DNA from: an uncultured Bacteroides sp.
Lineage (GTDB): Bacteria > Bacteroidota > Bacteroidia > Bacteroidales > GCA-2748055
Direction: 5' to 3'
Length of the DNA stretch: 64,000 nt
Assembly (NCBI GenBank): GCA_964453785.1
Contig: CAYVRK010000010.1
Coordinates: 1,117-65,116, forward strand
In this document: in pieces, positions 46,301 to 54,235 of the stretch
Position numbering within the stretch: the stretch's first letter is position 1
How the letters are laid out: each line of letters opens with the position of its first letter
The notes under the pieces: model-generated
Database searches by the model: none
What the model was told of the DNA's origin: nothing
Seen by the model: the letters and a program-made list of their open reading frames with translations, nothing else
Made by a program: the position numbers and the translations under genes

Positions 46301-46431
46301 TCTGGTTCAATGTGATGGTAATCTGGTTTACCTGCCTGCTGCTTTACATGACGCTTTACTACGATACGCTCAGAAAAATCCTGGGATTTTTCGACCATGT
46401 AAACCTCGCCAGGCAATCCGGGAATGGTTGA
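43333..46431 (+). CDS. ABCG-type fused ATPase/ABC-2 permease transporter with an N-terminal TerB-like helical module and an FHA-like beta module
   Basis: 1032 aa. Residues 1-140 are a helical bundle, TerB-like (AILKALMQLFALIIDIDEVDEISDREREIIRAFL). Residues ~190-240 read FVLRYHGKEDLYLNGQHLQTGTTTTFEYGSSIRGSS (FHA-like, degenerate). Walker A GGSGVGKST, signature ISGGQRKRV, Walker B LFVDEPTSGLS and ABCG-style H-loop NIHQPS. The C-terminus has 6-7 TM helices. Confidence 0.88.
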   Translation: MSEAILKALMQLFALIIDIDEVDEISDREREIIRAFLTRQLSTELVDKYLKVFDEYLALYHQDRITKGSLRDKKRTSLTAVRILGICQKINEELEQKQKIYVLIQLIEYIAYGIEIREKELDFLNTVASAFNIHEEEYENILRFVAYSREEIPQKSRVLVINSEDTAIYEEVHHIRDEKMTGEISFLSIESVNTFVLRYHGKEDLYLNGQHLQTGTTTTFEYGSSIRGSSIDTIYYSDVAGVFSKSSIAFSLTFEARGVEFRFRNSKNGIQEFNLQEESGTLVGIMGGSGVGKSTLLNVLNGNLKPMSGEILINGINIHDEKEKEKLNGVIGFIPQDDLLIEDLTVYQNLYYNALLCLDRYEDQQIREVVDRVLVDLDLYEIRNLKVGKPLNKVISGGQRKRVNIGLELIREPSVLFVDEPTSGLSSVDSEMVMTLLKEQVYKGKLVFVNIHQPSSDLYKMFDKIIFMDKGGYQIYYGNPSEAVVYFKTKSKHANAKEDQCPRCGNIDPDQVMQIIEAKIVNEHGKLSRTRKVSPKEWFARYKEGKPPNPEKKQEKAELPENYYSIPGLLKQLKIYFIRDLLSKLTNKQYVLISLLEAPLLAVILGYFTKYASGVSGNPAAYVFRNNENLPAFLLMSVIVFLFLGLTISSEEIIKERKILQRESFLNLSRASFLNSKILIMFLISAIQSISYVLIANFIFEIRGMTFSYWLILFSTSCFANLLGLNISSGLNSVITIYILVPFLLIPQILFCGVLVKFDKLHRSLTNYQYVPFIGDMMTSRWAYEALSVEQFKNNRYMREFFDIEQEISNNAYLESFLLPSLESSMDETLQYMALGKEKEQVKLNLQMLDRQLSFLADQFPQVPGTSPEQIAVKSFNDSVASGIKQYLEALRQIAHKQRVHASEARNMKQRQLTDQLGGVASYTAFRDAYENVQLSDILLNNKALDKIEQKGSLLISRYNPVYMESPSKIGRAQLYAAHKRIGNWKISTLWFNVMVIWFTCLLLYMTLYYDTLRKILGFFDHVNLARQSGNG

Positions 46432-46458
46432 CGCGGACAATCCAATTTCAGCACCGGA

Positions 46459-47631
46459 TCACCCGGCCCGCATGTGCCGCAGTTTGAACAGCCAGGTTCC
46501 CAGGAAAAAGTAAAGGATGGCAAGTACCAGAATGGCTGCCATTTCGGGAAGGATATCCCGGGCCTCCAGTCCCACTACCAGCACCTTGTTCAGAGCATCC
46601 ACCGCCCAGGTAGGAGAGAGAAGATGGTTCAACATCACATCGAATTCCCCCACCGAAAAAAGCCTGCCTCCCGAAACCGGGAAGGCAGCTCCGGTGAAAA
46701 ACATCAGCAGGAACAGGGGGAAGGTCCCGATGATGGCCACCTCCTTGATGGACCTGCACATGGCTGCCACAATGAGACTGAAGCTGATCATGGAGAGCGA
46801 TGTGAGGAAAGCTATCAGGAACAGGATTCCCAGGGTGCCTGGAATCAAGGTATAACCCATCGCCAGCGCTGCCAGGAGGGCAACCACCAGAGAGACAAAG
46901 GCTATAATAATCTGTACCAGGGAGATCCCGCCCAGGAACTCCACAGAAGTAAGCCGTGAGATCTTCAGACGTTCCAGGGTCTTGGTTTCGGGCTCCCTTA
47001 CAATGGCTGCAGAAGCTGAAAAGATAATCATGATGATGGAGAGAATCAGCAGTCCGGGCACATAAAGCTCAAATTCGGACCGGTCTCCCGAATGACCCAG
47101 TGTGGTTTCGGTCCAGGTCACGGGAAGCCGGATACCGGCAGCTTCCAAAATTAGGGCATTGGCCATTTCTTCCGTCCAGATGGCACCCACAATATACTGC
47201 AGGCTGGTCACATTCCCCGCCAGCTCCATCACCGCCGGTGCGGGTGGACTGAGCGTTTGGTCAGCATGTGTCATGATGGAACCGGAAAAGTCTTCCGGGA
47301 TCACCATCAGGACATCTGCTTTACCCTTTTTTAGCTTGTCTATGGCGCTTTCCCTGTCCCTCCCCATTGAATAAACCAGGTTTGCAATTTCTTTATGAGC
47401 CACCGTTTGAAGGGTGTTGATCAGGGTGTCGCCCAGGTTTATCTTCTCGCCCGCATGGACTACTCCCTTGTCCCTGTTGACCAGGATCACCTCGTAGCTC
47501 ACCTCACCCGGGTCCGACATAAGGAAATAGATACCGATAAACAGGGGGGCCATCACCACAATCATGATCAGTATCCAGTAGTCCCTCCACTGCTCCCTGA
47601 CTCCCTTGATAAATACATAATACCACCTCAT
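46459..47631 (-). CDS. ABC-2-type transporter permease
   Basis: 390 aa. One N-terminal TM helix, a large extracytoplasmic loop, then 5 C-terminal TM helices. Its start overlaps the ATPase stop by 4 nt. Confidence 0.8.
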   Translation of the reverse strand: MRWYYVFIKGVREQWRDYWILIMIVVMAPLFIGIYFLMSDPGEVSYEVILVNRDKGVVHAGEKINLGDTLINTLQTVAHKEIANLVYSMGRDRESAIDKLKKGKADVLMVIPEDFSGSIMTHADQTLSPPAPAVMELAGNVTSLQYIVGAIWTEEMANALILEAAGIRLPVTWTETTLGHSGDRSEFELYVPGLLILSIIMIIFSASAAIVREPETKTLERLKISRLTSVEFLGGISLVQIIIAFVSLVVALLAALAMGYTLIPGTLGILFLIAFLTSLSMISFSLIVAAMCRSIKEVAIIGTFPLFLLMFFTGAAFPVSGGRLFSVGEFDVMLNHLLSPTWAVDALNKVLVVGLEARDILPEMAAILVLAILYFFLGTWLFKLRHMRAG

Positions 47632-48605
47632 GACCGCAGGCTTTTGCCGGTTAATTGGATAAATACATCTTCCAGGGTATTCTCGCGCACTTTTAATTCC
47701 AACACAGTAACTTTTTCATACTCCAGAAGCTGATAAATTTCATGAATTCGCGGCACCAGGTCCATGGAGCGGACCACCAGGGTTTCATCTTCGCGGGTTA
47801 CCGTAAAACCTCTCTCGGTCAGCCTCTTCTCTGCCACATGAAGTGCATCTCTTTCATCAGATTGTGTTTTCAGTTCCAGGATGTCCCCCTGGCCAATGGA
47901 GCGTTTCAGATTCCCCGGTGTATCCAGTTTCAGCAACTTCCCCGAATCGATGATGGCCACCCTGTGGGCAAGCCGGTCCGCTTCATCCATGTTGTGGGTG
48001 GTGATGATCACCGTCTTTGTCGCGGCTGTCTCTCTGATGAAATCCCTCACCAGGACCCTGCTCTGTGGATCCAGACCCGCTTCCGGTTCATCAAACACCA
48101 GGATCTCCGGATCGTGCATAAGGGCCAGGATCACATTCATCCGCCTTTTCATTCCTCCCGAAAGCGTGGCCGCCAGCTTATTCTTCTTCCCATCCAGACC
48201 CATGTGGGAAAGCAAGCTGGCTGCCCTTTTCCTGGCCACAGGTCCGGGCACGTTGTACATCCTGGCACTGAATACCAGCTGCTCGAAGCAGGTGAGCCTG
48301 CTCCAGAGGATGTTTTCCTGTGGACAGATGCCCACCCTGGAACGCACTTCCGCCCCCCATTCCTCCTCAATATCCTTTCCTCCCACCAGGACCTGGCCTG
48401 AAGTGGGCTTGAGGAGACCGCACATCATCCGGATGGAGGTGGTTTTACCGGCACCATTGGGTCCGAGCAATCCAAGAATCTCTCCCCGGCGGACCTCCAG
48501 TGAGAGATGATCCACCGCGGCGAGGTCCCCATAGGTTTTAACCAGGTCCCTGACCTCTAGGACAGAGGTAAGATTTGCTGCCGGGATTATCATAGTTCCA
48601 CTCAA
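47628..48605 (-). CDS. ABC transporter ATP-binding protein (ABC-2/DrrA-like exporter ATPase)
   Basis: Walker A GPNGAGKTT, Q-loop ICPQEN, signature LSGGMKRRMNV, Walker B LVFDEPEAGLD and H-loop ITTHNM. Confidence 0.92.
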   Translation of the reverse strand: MSGTMIIPAANLTSVLEVRDLVKTYGDLAAVDHLSLEVRRGEILGLLGPNGAGKTTSIRMMCGLLKPTSGQVLVGGKDIEEEWGAEVRSRVGICPQENILWSRLTCFEQLVFSARMYNVPGPVARKRAASLLSHMGLDGKKNKLAATLSGGMKRRMNVILALMHDPEILVFDEPEAGLDPQSRVLVRDFIRETAATKTVIITTHNMDEADRLAHRVAIIDSGKLLKLDTPGNLKRSIGQGDILELKTQSDERDALHVAEKRLTERGFTVTREDETLVVRSMDLVPRIHEIYQLLEYEKVTVLELKVRENTLEDVFIQLTGKSLRS

Positions 48606-48654
48606 GTTCGGAAATTTTTATCTTTGCTGCAACGAACCTAAAAAGAGAAATCCC

Positions 48655-49044
48655 ATGCCCAGAGTTTTTACCACGGTGGATATCACCCAGGAAGAGAAGG
48701 AAGTCCGGAAAGACTATTTTGACAGGCACACCCCCGTGTTGATTTGCGACCCCTTTGCAAAGGAAGGTGAGAAATTCAGGGTAAAGGTGAGGCTGGGGAC
48801 CGAATACACCCATCCCGATGATCCCGACCACCACATCAAATACGTACAGTTGTGGAACCGGGAAACCTTCCTGGCAGAAGCACATTTTGCCCCTGGATCT
48901 ATGGGAAACAAATCCGAACACGTGGAGGTGGATTTCTATATTGTACCCGGTCCGGTGAGCATGAACCTCTCGGCCATGTCGGTCTGCACCAAACACGGAC
49001 TCTGGCAGAGTGAATCAAAAGAGGTAACCGTCAGGAAGGGCTGA
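48655..49044 (+). CDS. Superoxide reductase (desulfoferrodoxin ferrous-iron-binding domain, 1Fe neelaredoxin-like)
   Basis: 129 aa. Putative Fe ligands lie in DRHTPVL, EYTHPDDPDHHIKYVQLW and CTKHGLW, the pattern of SOR centre II. Confidence 0.72.
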   Translation: MPRVFTTVDITQEEKEVRKDYFDRHTPVLICDPFAKEGEKFRVKVRLGTEYTHPDDPDHHIKYVQLWNRETFLAEAHFAPGSMGNKSEHVEVDFYIVPGPVSMNLSAMSVCTKHGLWQSESKEVTVRKG

Positions 49045-49126
49045 CCCTTTAAATTTACCATATACCGAGATTTTCAGCCCGCTTGCCGAAAATCCCGTGC
49101 ATCTGTCCCCCGGGTGTCATTTCTTT

Positions 49127-50245
49127 ATGATTTCAAACCACCAAAGCATGACACCTTCCACAGATTTGAACTACAGAGACAAATTCTCCAACAGCTTCAA
49201 CCAGCTCTTTTACGATGCATGCAGAATCACCAGGTTTACTCCAACCGAATGCTTTTACTGGTTCAGAACATACCTGAGGCAGAAAAGAAAAGCCATTGCC
49301 AGGAGAAAAGCAGAATCTGAACAGCTCATTGTACCTCCCATCCTTATCTTCAGTTCCACAACCCGGTGCAACCTTCAGTGCAAGGGGTGTTATACCAGAT
49401 CCAGGAACGAAAATCTGGATGAGCTCCCCATTGAAAAGGTATCTGACCTGTTCCGTGAAGCCTCCGAACTGGGGGTTGGTGTGATCATGATTGCAGGAGG
49501 AGAACCCCTGATGAAACCTGAGATTCTCTGGCTGGCTGCAAAACAGAAAGACATCATATTTCCTGTCTTCACAAATGGAATGTTGCTCAACCAGGGCAGC
49601 ATCTCCTTTTTCAGGCATCACAGGAACCTGATACCCATTCTAAGCGTGGAAGGAGAAAGGAATAGAACAGACAGCCGGCGGGGAAAGGGGGTTTATGCCC
49701 GGCTGATCCAGAATATGGAGCGTTTTCATAGCATGCGACAGATGTATGGACTATCTTTCACCCTCACAAGTGAGAACTTCGAGGAAGTAACCCATCCTTT
49801 ACTCATGCGCACCCATCACGATCTTGGTTGCAGGCTTTTTTTTATGGTGGACTATGTCCCTCAATCTGAAACGGATACAGACCTGTGTCTCAAAGATTCA
49901 CAGAAAGCTGGACTCTCTGGCCGCATTGAAAGATTAAGAAAAACCGTTCCAGGATTGTTTATTTCACTTCCAGGTGACGAGGAGAAATATGGGGGATGCC
50001 TGGCAGGTGGACGGGGATTCGCGCACATCAGCGCCTCGGGAAGCCTTGAACCGTGTCCTTTTGCACCCTATTCTGATACTGATCTAAGCAACAGAGGCCT
50101 CAAAGAAGCGCTCGGCTCCCCCTTTATGAAAACCATCAGGGAGTCACATCATATGCTTGGAGAAGCAAAAGGGGGTTGCACACTATGGGAAAACAGGGAT
50201 TGGGTTCGTTCCGAACTTGAATTATCCCTTGCTTCACCTGCCTAA
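49127..50245 (+). CDS. Radical SAM enzyme with a C-terminal Cys-containing extension (not a canonical SPASM)
   Basis: CNLQCKGCY (CX3CX2C), a GGEPL SAM-binding motif, and C-terminal GGCLAGG...LEPCPF...GGCTLW. The start is uncertain (GTG 49097, ATG 49127 or ATG 49148). Confidence 0.8.
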   Translation: MISNHQSMTPSTDLNYRDKFSNSFNQLFYDACRITRFTPTECFYWFRTYLRQKRKAIARRKAESEQLIVPPILIFSSTTRCNLQCKGCYTRSRNENLDELPIEKVSDLFREASELGVGVIMIAGGEPLMKPEILWLAAKQKDIIFPVFTNGMLLNQGSISFFRHHRNLIPILSVEGERNRTDSRRGKGVYARLIQNMERFHSMRQMYGLSFTLTSENFEEVTHPLLMRTHHDLGCRLFFMVDYVPQSETDTDLCLKDSQKAGLSGRIERLRKTVPGLFISLPGDEEKYGGCLAGGRGFAHISASGSLEPCPFAPYSDTDLSNRGLKEALGSPFMKTIRESHHMLGEAKGGCTLWENRDWVRSELELSLASPA

Positions 50246-50763
50246 TTTTCCAGTTCTTCTGTCTCTTCAATTTCATCATAACCCGATGTCCCTATGAAGG
50301 AAACAAACGAGATTTTCCATTCCCCTTCAATCTTCTCCAGGAAGCGCACCTGGATGCTTTTGATCTCTGTCACATCATCGTCATAGGTAGAGGTCCATGT
50401 TTGATCACATACGACAAAGGCCGTGGTGGGATAGATCTTCATCCGCCAGTTGTACTTCTCAACTTTAATGTGAAGGTCCGGGCCCAGAATATCCTCAGTC
50501 TGATCGCCGCTCATGTGTTTTGAAACATTCTCCCACCCTTCCGCAAAAACGTAGTTGTCAGCGCCGGCAGTCAGCCTCATGTTCAGCGAATCATGCACAT
50601 GGGTGGCATACATGGTCTCAAAATCACGTGCCAGGTAGGCGTCGGTTTCCGTGTTGATCACCTTGATGATGGCTTCCCTTTCTTTCTCCATATCAATGGC
50701 TTGCTCGCACCCGGAAAAGGCAAAGGTCAGGAGTACTGCAAGGGATGTGATGGTGTATTTCAT
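50242..50763 (-). CDS. NTF2/SnoaL-like (DUF4440-type) lipoprotein
   Basis: 173 aa with lipobox FAFSGC. NTF2-like pattern KVINTETDAYLARDFETM ... TTAFVVCDQTW ... FLEKIEGEWKISF. Confidence 0.5.
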   Translation of the reverse strand: MKYTITSLAVLLTFAFSGCEQAIDMEKEREAIIKVINTETDAYLARDFETMYATHVHDSLNMRLTAGADNYVFAEGWENVSKHMSGDQTEDILGPDLHIKVEKYNWRMKIYPTTAFVVCDQTWTSTYDDDVTEIKSIQVRFLEKIEGEWKISFVSFIGTSGYDEIEETEELEN

Positions 50764-50848
50764 TTCATATATTGTTTGGTGTATGGTTGGGTATATGCAA
50801 AATACAACATTGACCAGTTAAAGTCAATTTATTATTACATTTGCCTCT

Positions 50849-52801
50849 GTGAAACCACATCTAGTCATCGTGTTATTGCTGTTTGCATTTGGCATAAACT
50901 GTATGGCTTCCTCTACACACAATTCCATTCCCGAAAAGGGTGTGCTGGACCTGAGCGGAACCAAGTTCACGAGCAATAGTATTTACAACCTTAACGGCGA
51001 GTGGGAGTTCTACTGGGAAAAACTGCTTACACCTGCCAGTTACAAGGATGAAAAAATGAGCGGTTCCGGAATCATGGTAAGCGTACCCTCCTATTGGGAG
51101 AGCTACGAAGTGAATGGTGAAAAACTCACGGGAGAGGGATACGGCACCTATGCCCTGACCATCATTCTTCCCCAGGGTTACAGGTCAGGTCTCTGTATAG
51201 ACATCCCCCTGTTCGATGTGGCCTATAATTTTTACCTGGACAACAAACTGGTGGGAAGAAACGGGAAAGTGGGAAGCACACGGGAAAAGGAAGAAGCCTG
51301 GTACGAACCTTCACGGTTTTGCTATGTTCCGGATACAGACACCTTACAGATCCTGATCCAAGTCTCCAATTTCCATCACAGGAGAGGGGGATTCTGGCAA
51401 TCATTGCTGATAGGCGGCACCAAAGGGATCCTTGTTAAGGCTGAGCGCAGAAAAATATTCAACTACTCAACCATTGGCGTTCTGTTTTTTTTCACCATAT
51501 TCTTTGTGATTTTCTGGACCTTTTCAAGGAAGGAAACCATCATGCTGCTTTTTGCGCTCACCACCCTGGGCATCCTGATCCGTTCTGTGGTCACCGGGCT
51601 CTATATTTCCAACAACTTTATCTATATTCCGTGGGCCTGGCAGATCCGGATGGAGTATTTCGGCACCTATCTGGCGAATTTAGCCGGAATGATCTTCCTG
51701 CACCGGATGTTTCCCAGGAATTACATGAAGCATGTGATCACGGGCAATACCATTCTCACAGCCCTAATGATGGTCTGCGTAGTCACAATTCCACCCCGGT
51801 TGTTTTCCTACACCATGCTCGTTTTTCAACCCCTGATCCTTCTGTTCCTTACCCATTACCTGCTGGTAAGCTTTTTCGGAATGCTCAGAGGAAAGATCAC
51901 AGATGCCCTTTTCTTCATCTCACTGGGCCTGTTTATCTATGCGCTTACCAACGATATCCTGCTTGCCAATTCAGCCGGATCTGTGAGCAACACCTACCTG
52001 TCCCAGATCTCCTTCCAGGTGTTTATTTTTGCCATGTCAGTAATGATCATCATGCAATGGGTCAGCAATTACAATATAAGGGTCCAACTGGAATCCTCAC
52101 TCCGGTTTAAGAACAAGGTCCTGTCGGTCATTGCCCATGACCTGAAAAACCCCATAGCCAGCATCGCTCAGTTCTCAGACCTGCTGGTCACGAAACCCGG
52201 GCTTGTGGGCAAACGCCAGATTCTCGATTCTCTGCAGGAGTCGTCACAGGCTGCTGTAGCCCTGCTGGACAATCTACTCTACTGGGGAAGGAGCCAGGCA
52301 GATGAATTGTCCGTATCATCTGAGGACCTGAAAATGGAAAGCCTCATTGCCGAAGTAATAGCACTTTTTACCCACATGGCTGCACAGAAAGAGGTGACCC
52401 TCCATTCCAGTGTCTTTCCGGGTACAACGGCATATGCAGACAAAGCCCTGATCAAAATTGTGATACGAAACCTGGTTTCCAACGCTATAAAATTTACCCC
52501 CGGAAAAGGAACTGTGACCATCCAGGTACAACCTGAAAAGAACGAGGTCCGTGTATCTGTGTCAGATACCGGTATTGGTATTAAACAGGAGATCCTGGAG
52601 CAGTTCAATAAAGCGGGCCAGCTAAAATCGACCATGGGGACAGACAAGGAGATCGGAACCGGGCTCGGGCTTCAACTGGTCAGCGACCTGGTTGAAAAAA
52701 GCGGAGGCAAACTGATTATTGACAGCAAGACAGGGAAGGGTTCCACTTTTACGTTTATACTTCCCGTAGGGAAACAACAGAAGAATAATGAGGATAATTA
52801 A
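50849..52801 (+). CDS. 7TMR-DISM-type sensor histidine kinase (extracellular DISMED2 domain, 7 TM, HisKA, HATPase); no receiver domain
   Basis: N-terminal GVLDLSGTKFTSNSIYNLNGEWEFYWEKLLTP, seven hydrophobic helices, H-box IAHDLKNPIASI, N-box LVSNAIKFTPGKG and GTGLGLQLV. The start codon is GTG. Confidence 0.85.
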   Translation: MKPHLVIVLLLFAFGINCMASSTHNSIPEKGVLDLSGTKFTSNSIYNLNGEWEFYWEKLLTPASYKDEKMSGSGIMVSVPSYWESYEVNGEKLTGEGYGTYALTIILPQGYRSGLCIDIPLFDVAYNFYLDNKLVGRNGKVGSTREKEEAWYEPSRFCYVPDTDTLQILIQVSNFHHRRGGFWQSLLIGGTKGILVKAERRKIFNYSTIGVLFFFTIFFVIFWTFSRKETIMLLFALTTLGILIRSVVTGLYISNNFIYIPWAWQIRMEYFGTYLANLAGMIFLHRMFPRNYMKHVITGNTILTALMMVCVVTIPPRLFSYTMLVFQPLILLFLTHYLLVSFFGMLRGKITDALFFISLGLFIYALTNDILLANSAGSVSNTYLSQISFQVFIFAMSVMIIMQWVSNYNIRVQLESSLRFKNKVLSVIAHDLKNPIASIAQFSDLLVTKPGLVGKRQILDSLQESSQAAVALLDNLLYWGRSQADELSVSSEDLKMESLIAEVIALFTHMAAQKEVTLHSSVFPGTTAYADKALIKIVIRNLVSNAIKFTPGKGTVTIQVQPEKNEVRVSVSDTGIGIKQEILEQFNKAGQLKSTMGTDKEIGTGLGLQLVSDLVEKSGGKLIIDSKTGKGSTFTFILPVGKQQKNNEDN

Positions 52802-54224
52802 GACCACTTCAATAGCGGAAAAAAGTATCAGGTTACTCCTGGTACGAAAAGGACAGGATCTGGTTGCACGGATTCCTGATAAGCATGAGCGAAGGTATGT
52901 GGAAGAGCGGTTTGGCGATGACAGGGATACAGCCCAGCTGAACCACCTGGATCACCACCTGTTTGTGAGGCGGCTTGCGGAAGAGAAGGTTCCTGCTAAC
53001 CAGCTGCTGGAAGAAGCCAGGATCGCTGCCCATTCCATGCATCCGGCATTGAATGATCTGGGGATAACACGGCTTGATATCATCAATGGCGGAGTTACTC
53101 CGGAAGAGACCATTGCTTTTGCAGAGGGGCTGGCCCTGACCAGTTATCAGTTTCTGAAATACAAAACCGGCGAAAAGGAGGAGAAGTTTTCACTGGATGA
53201 GATCCATCTCTATGACGATGGCCTCACCGACGATCAGGTGCTGAAACTTGACAACCTGTTACGCGCCGTATATATTGCAAAGGACCTGGTCAATGAGCCC
53301 CTCTCCTATTTGTCAGCTGTTCAGTTATCAGCAGAGTTTGAAAAGATGGGGAAGGAGGCTGGCTTTTCGGTGGAAGTATTCAACAAAAAAAAGATCGAAT
53401 CCCTGAAGATGGGTGGACTTCTTGCTGTCAACAAGGGAAGTGTGGATCCACCCACATTCTCCATCATGACCTACCATCCTCAAGGGGCTGTGAACAAGAA
53501 TCCCATTGTTCTGGTGGGCAAGGGAGTGGTATATGATACAGGTGGACTCAGCCTGAAACCCACCCTTGATTCAATGGATTACATGAAATGCGACATGGGC
53601 GGGGCAGCAGCAGTTGCCGGGGCGCTGTATGCGGCCGCAAAAAACAATCTTCCACTCTGGATTATCGGGCTGGTACCAGCCACCGACAACAGGCCCGATG
53701 GTAATGCATATGTTCCGGGGGACGTGGTGACCATGTATGACGGAACCTCCGTAGAGGTACTCAACACGGATGCCGAGGGAAGAATGATCCTGGCCGATGC
53801 CCTCAGTTATGCAAAACAGTATGACCCGGAGGTAGTCATAGAACTATCCACACTCACAGGAGCTGCCCAAATGGCTATTGACAAATATGGAATTGTGGGC
53901 ATGGGCAATGCAGGTCGTGAAATCATGGACAACCTGAAGATATGTGGCGAAGCCACCTCGGAACGGATCGCGGAATTCCCGTTCTGGGACGAATATAAAG
54001 AACATCTTAAATCTGACATTGCCGACCTGAAAAACATTGGCGGCAAGTATGCAGGAGCCATCACCGCAGGAAAATTCCTGGAACACTTCACCGATTATCC
54101 TTATATCCACCTGGACATTGCCGGACCATCCTTCAACAAAATCCCTTTCAACTATCGTGGAAAAGGAGGCAGTGGCGTAGGGGTCAGGATCCTGTACAAT
54201 TATCTTCTCAACCGTTCAATGTAA
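52788..54224 (+). CDS. pepA: Leucyl aminopeptidase (M17 family)
   Basis: VGKGVVYDTGGLSLKP, MKCDMGGAAAV and NTDAEGRMILADAL motifs. Confidence 0.92.
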   Translation: MRIIKTTSIAEKSIRLLLVRKGQDLVARIPDKHERRYVEERFGDDRDTAQLNHLDHHLFVRRLAEEKVPANQLLEEARIAAHSMHPALNDLGITRLDIINGGVTPEETIAFAEGLALTSYQFLKYKTGEKEEKFSLDEIHLYDDGLTDDQVLKLDNLLRAVYIAKDLVNEPLSYLSAVQLSAEFEKMGKEAGFSVEVFNKKKIESLKMGGLLAVNKGSVDPPTFSIMTYHPQGAVNKNPIVLVGKGVVYDTGGLSLKPTLDSMDYMKCDMGGAAAVAGALYAAAKNNLPLWIIGLVPATDNRPDGNAYVPGDVVTMYDGTSVEVLNTDAEGRMILADALSYAKQYDPEVVIELSTLTGAAQMAIDKYGIVGMGNAGREIMDNLKICGEATSERIAEFPFWDEYKEHLKSDIADLKNIGGKYAGAITAGKFLEHFTDYPYIHLDIAGPSFNKIPFNYRGKGGSGVGVRILYNYLLNRSM

Positions 54225-54235
54225 GAACCGTACTG

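Noticed and set aside
47742-48510. Two long plus-strand ORFs (219 and 209 aa) antisense to the ABC ATPase gene, and similar ones (161 and 112 aa) antisense to the permease gene
   Set aside because: The translations are low-complexity and rich in Arg/Pro/His/Ser, with no recognisable motifs. The minus-strand frame carries a complete set of ABC motifs. These are typical shadow ORFs of a GC-richer coding region.
49045-49126. A RiPP precursor peptide near the radical SAM gene
   Set aside because: No short ORF with a plausible leader/core organisation is visible in the spacer or flanks. The radical SAM enzyme also lacks a canonical SPASM domain.
50836-50851. A -7-box-like TACATTTG only 5 nt upstream of the GTG start of the 7TMR-DISM kinase, which would imply a leaderless mRNA
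   Set aside because: It is a single motif match. The start-codon choice is uncertain and I cannot map the transcription start from sequence alone.
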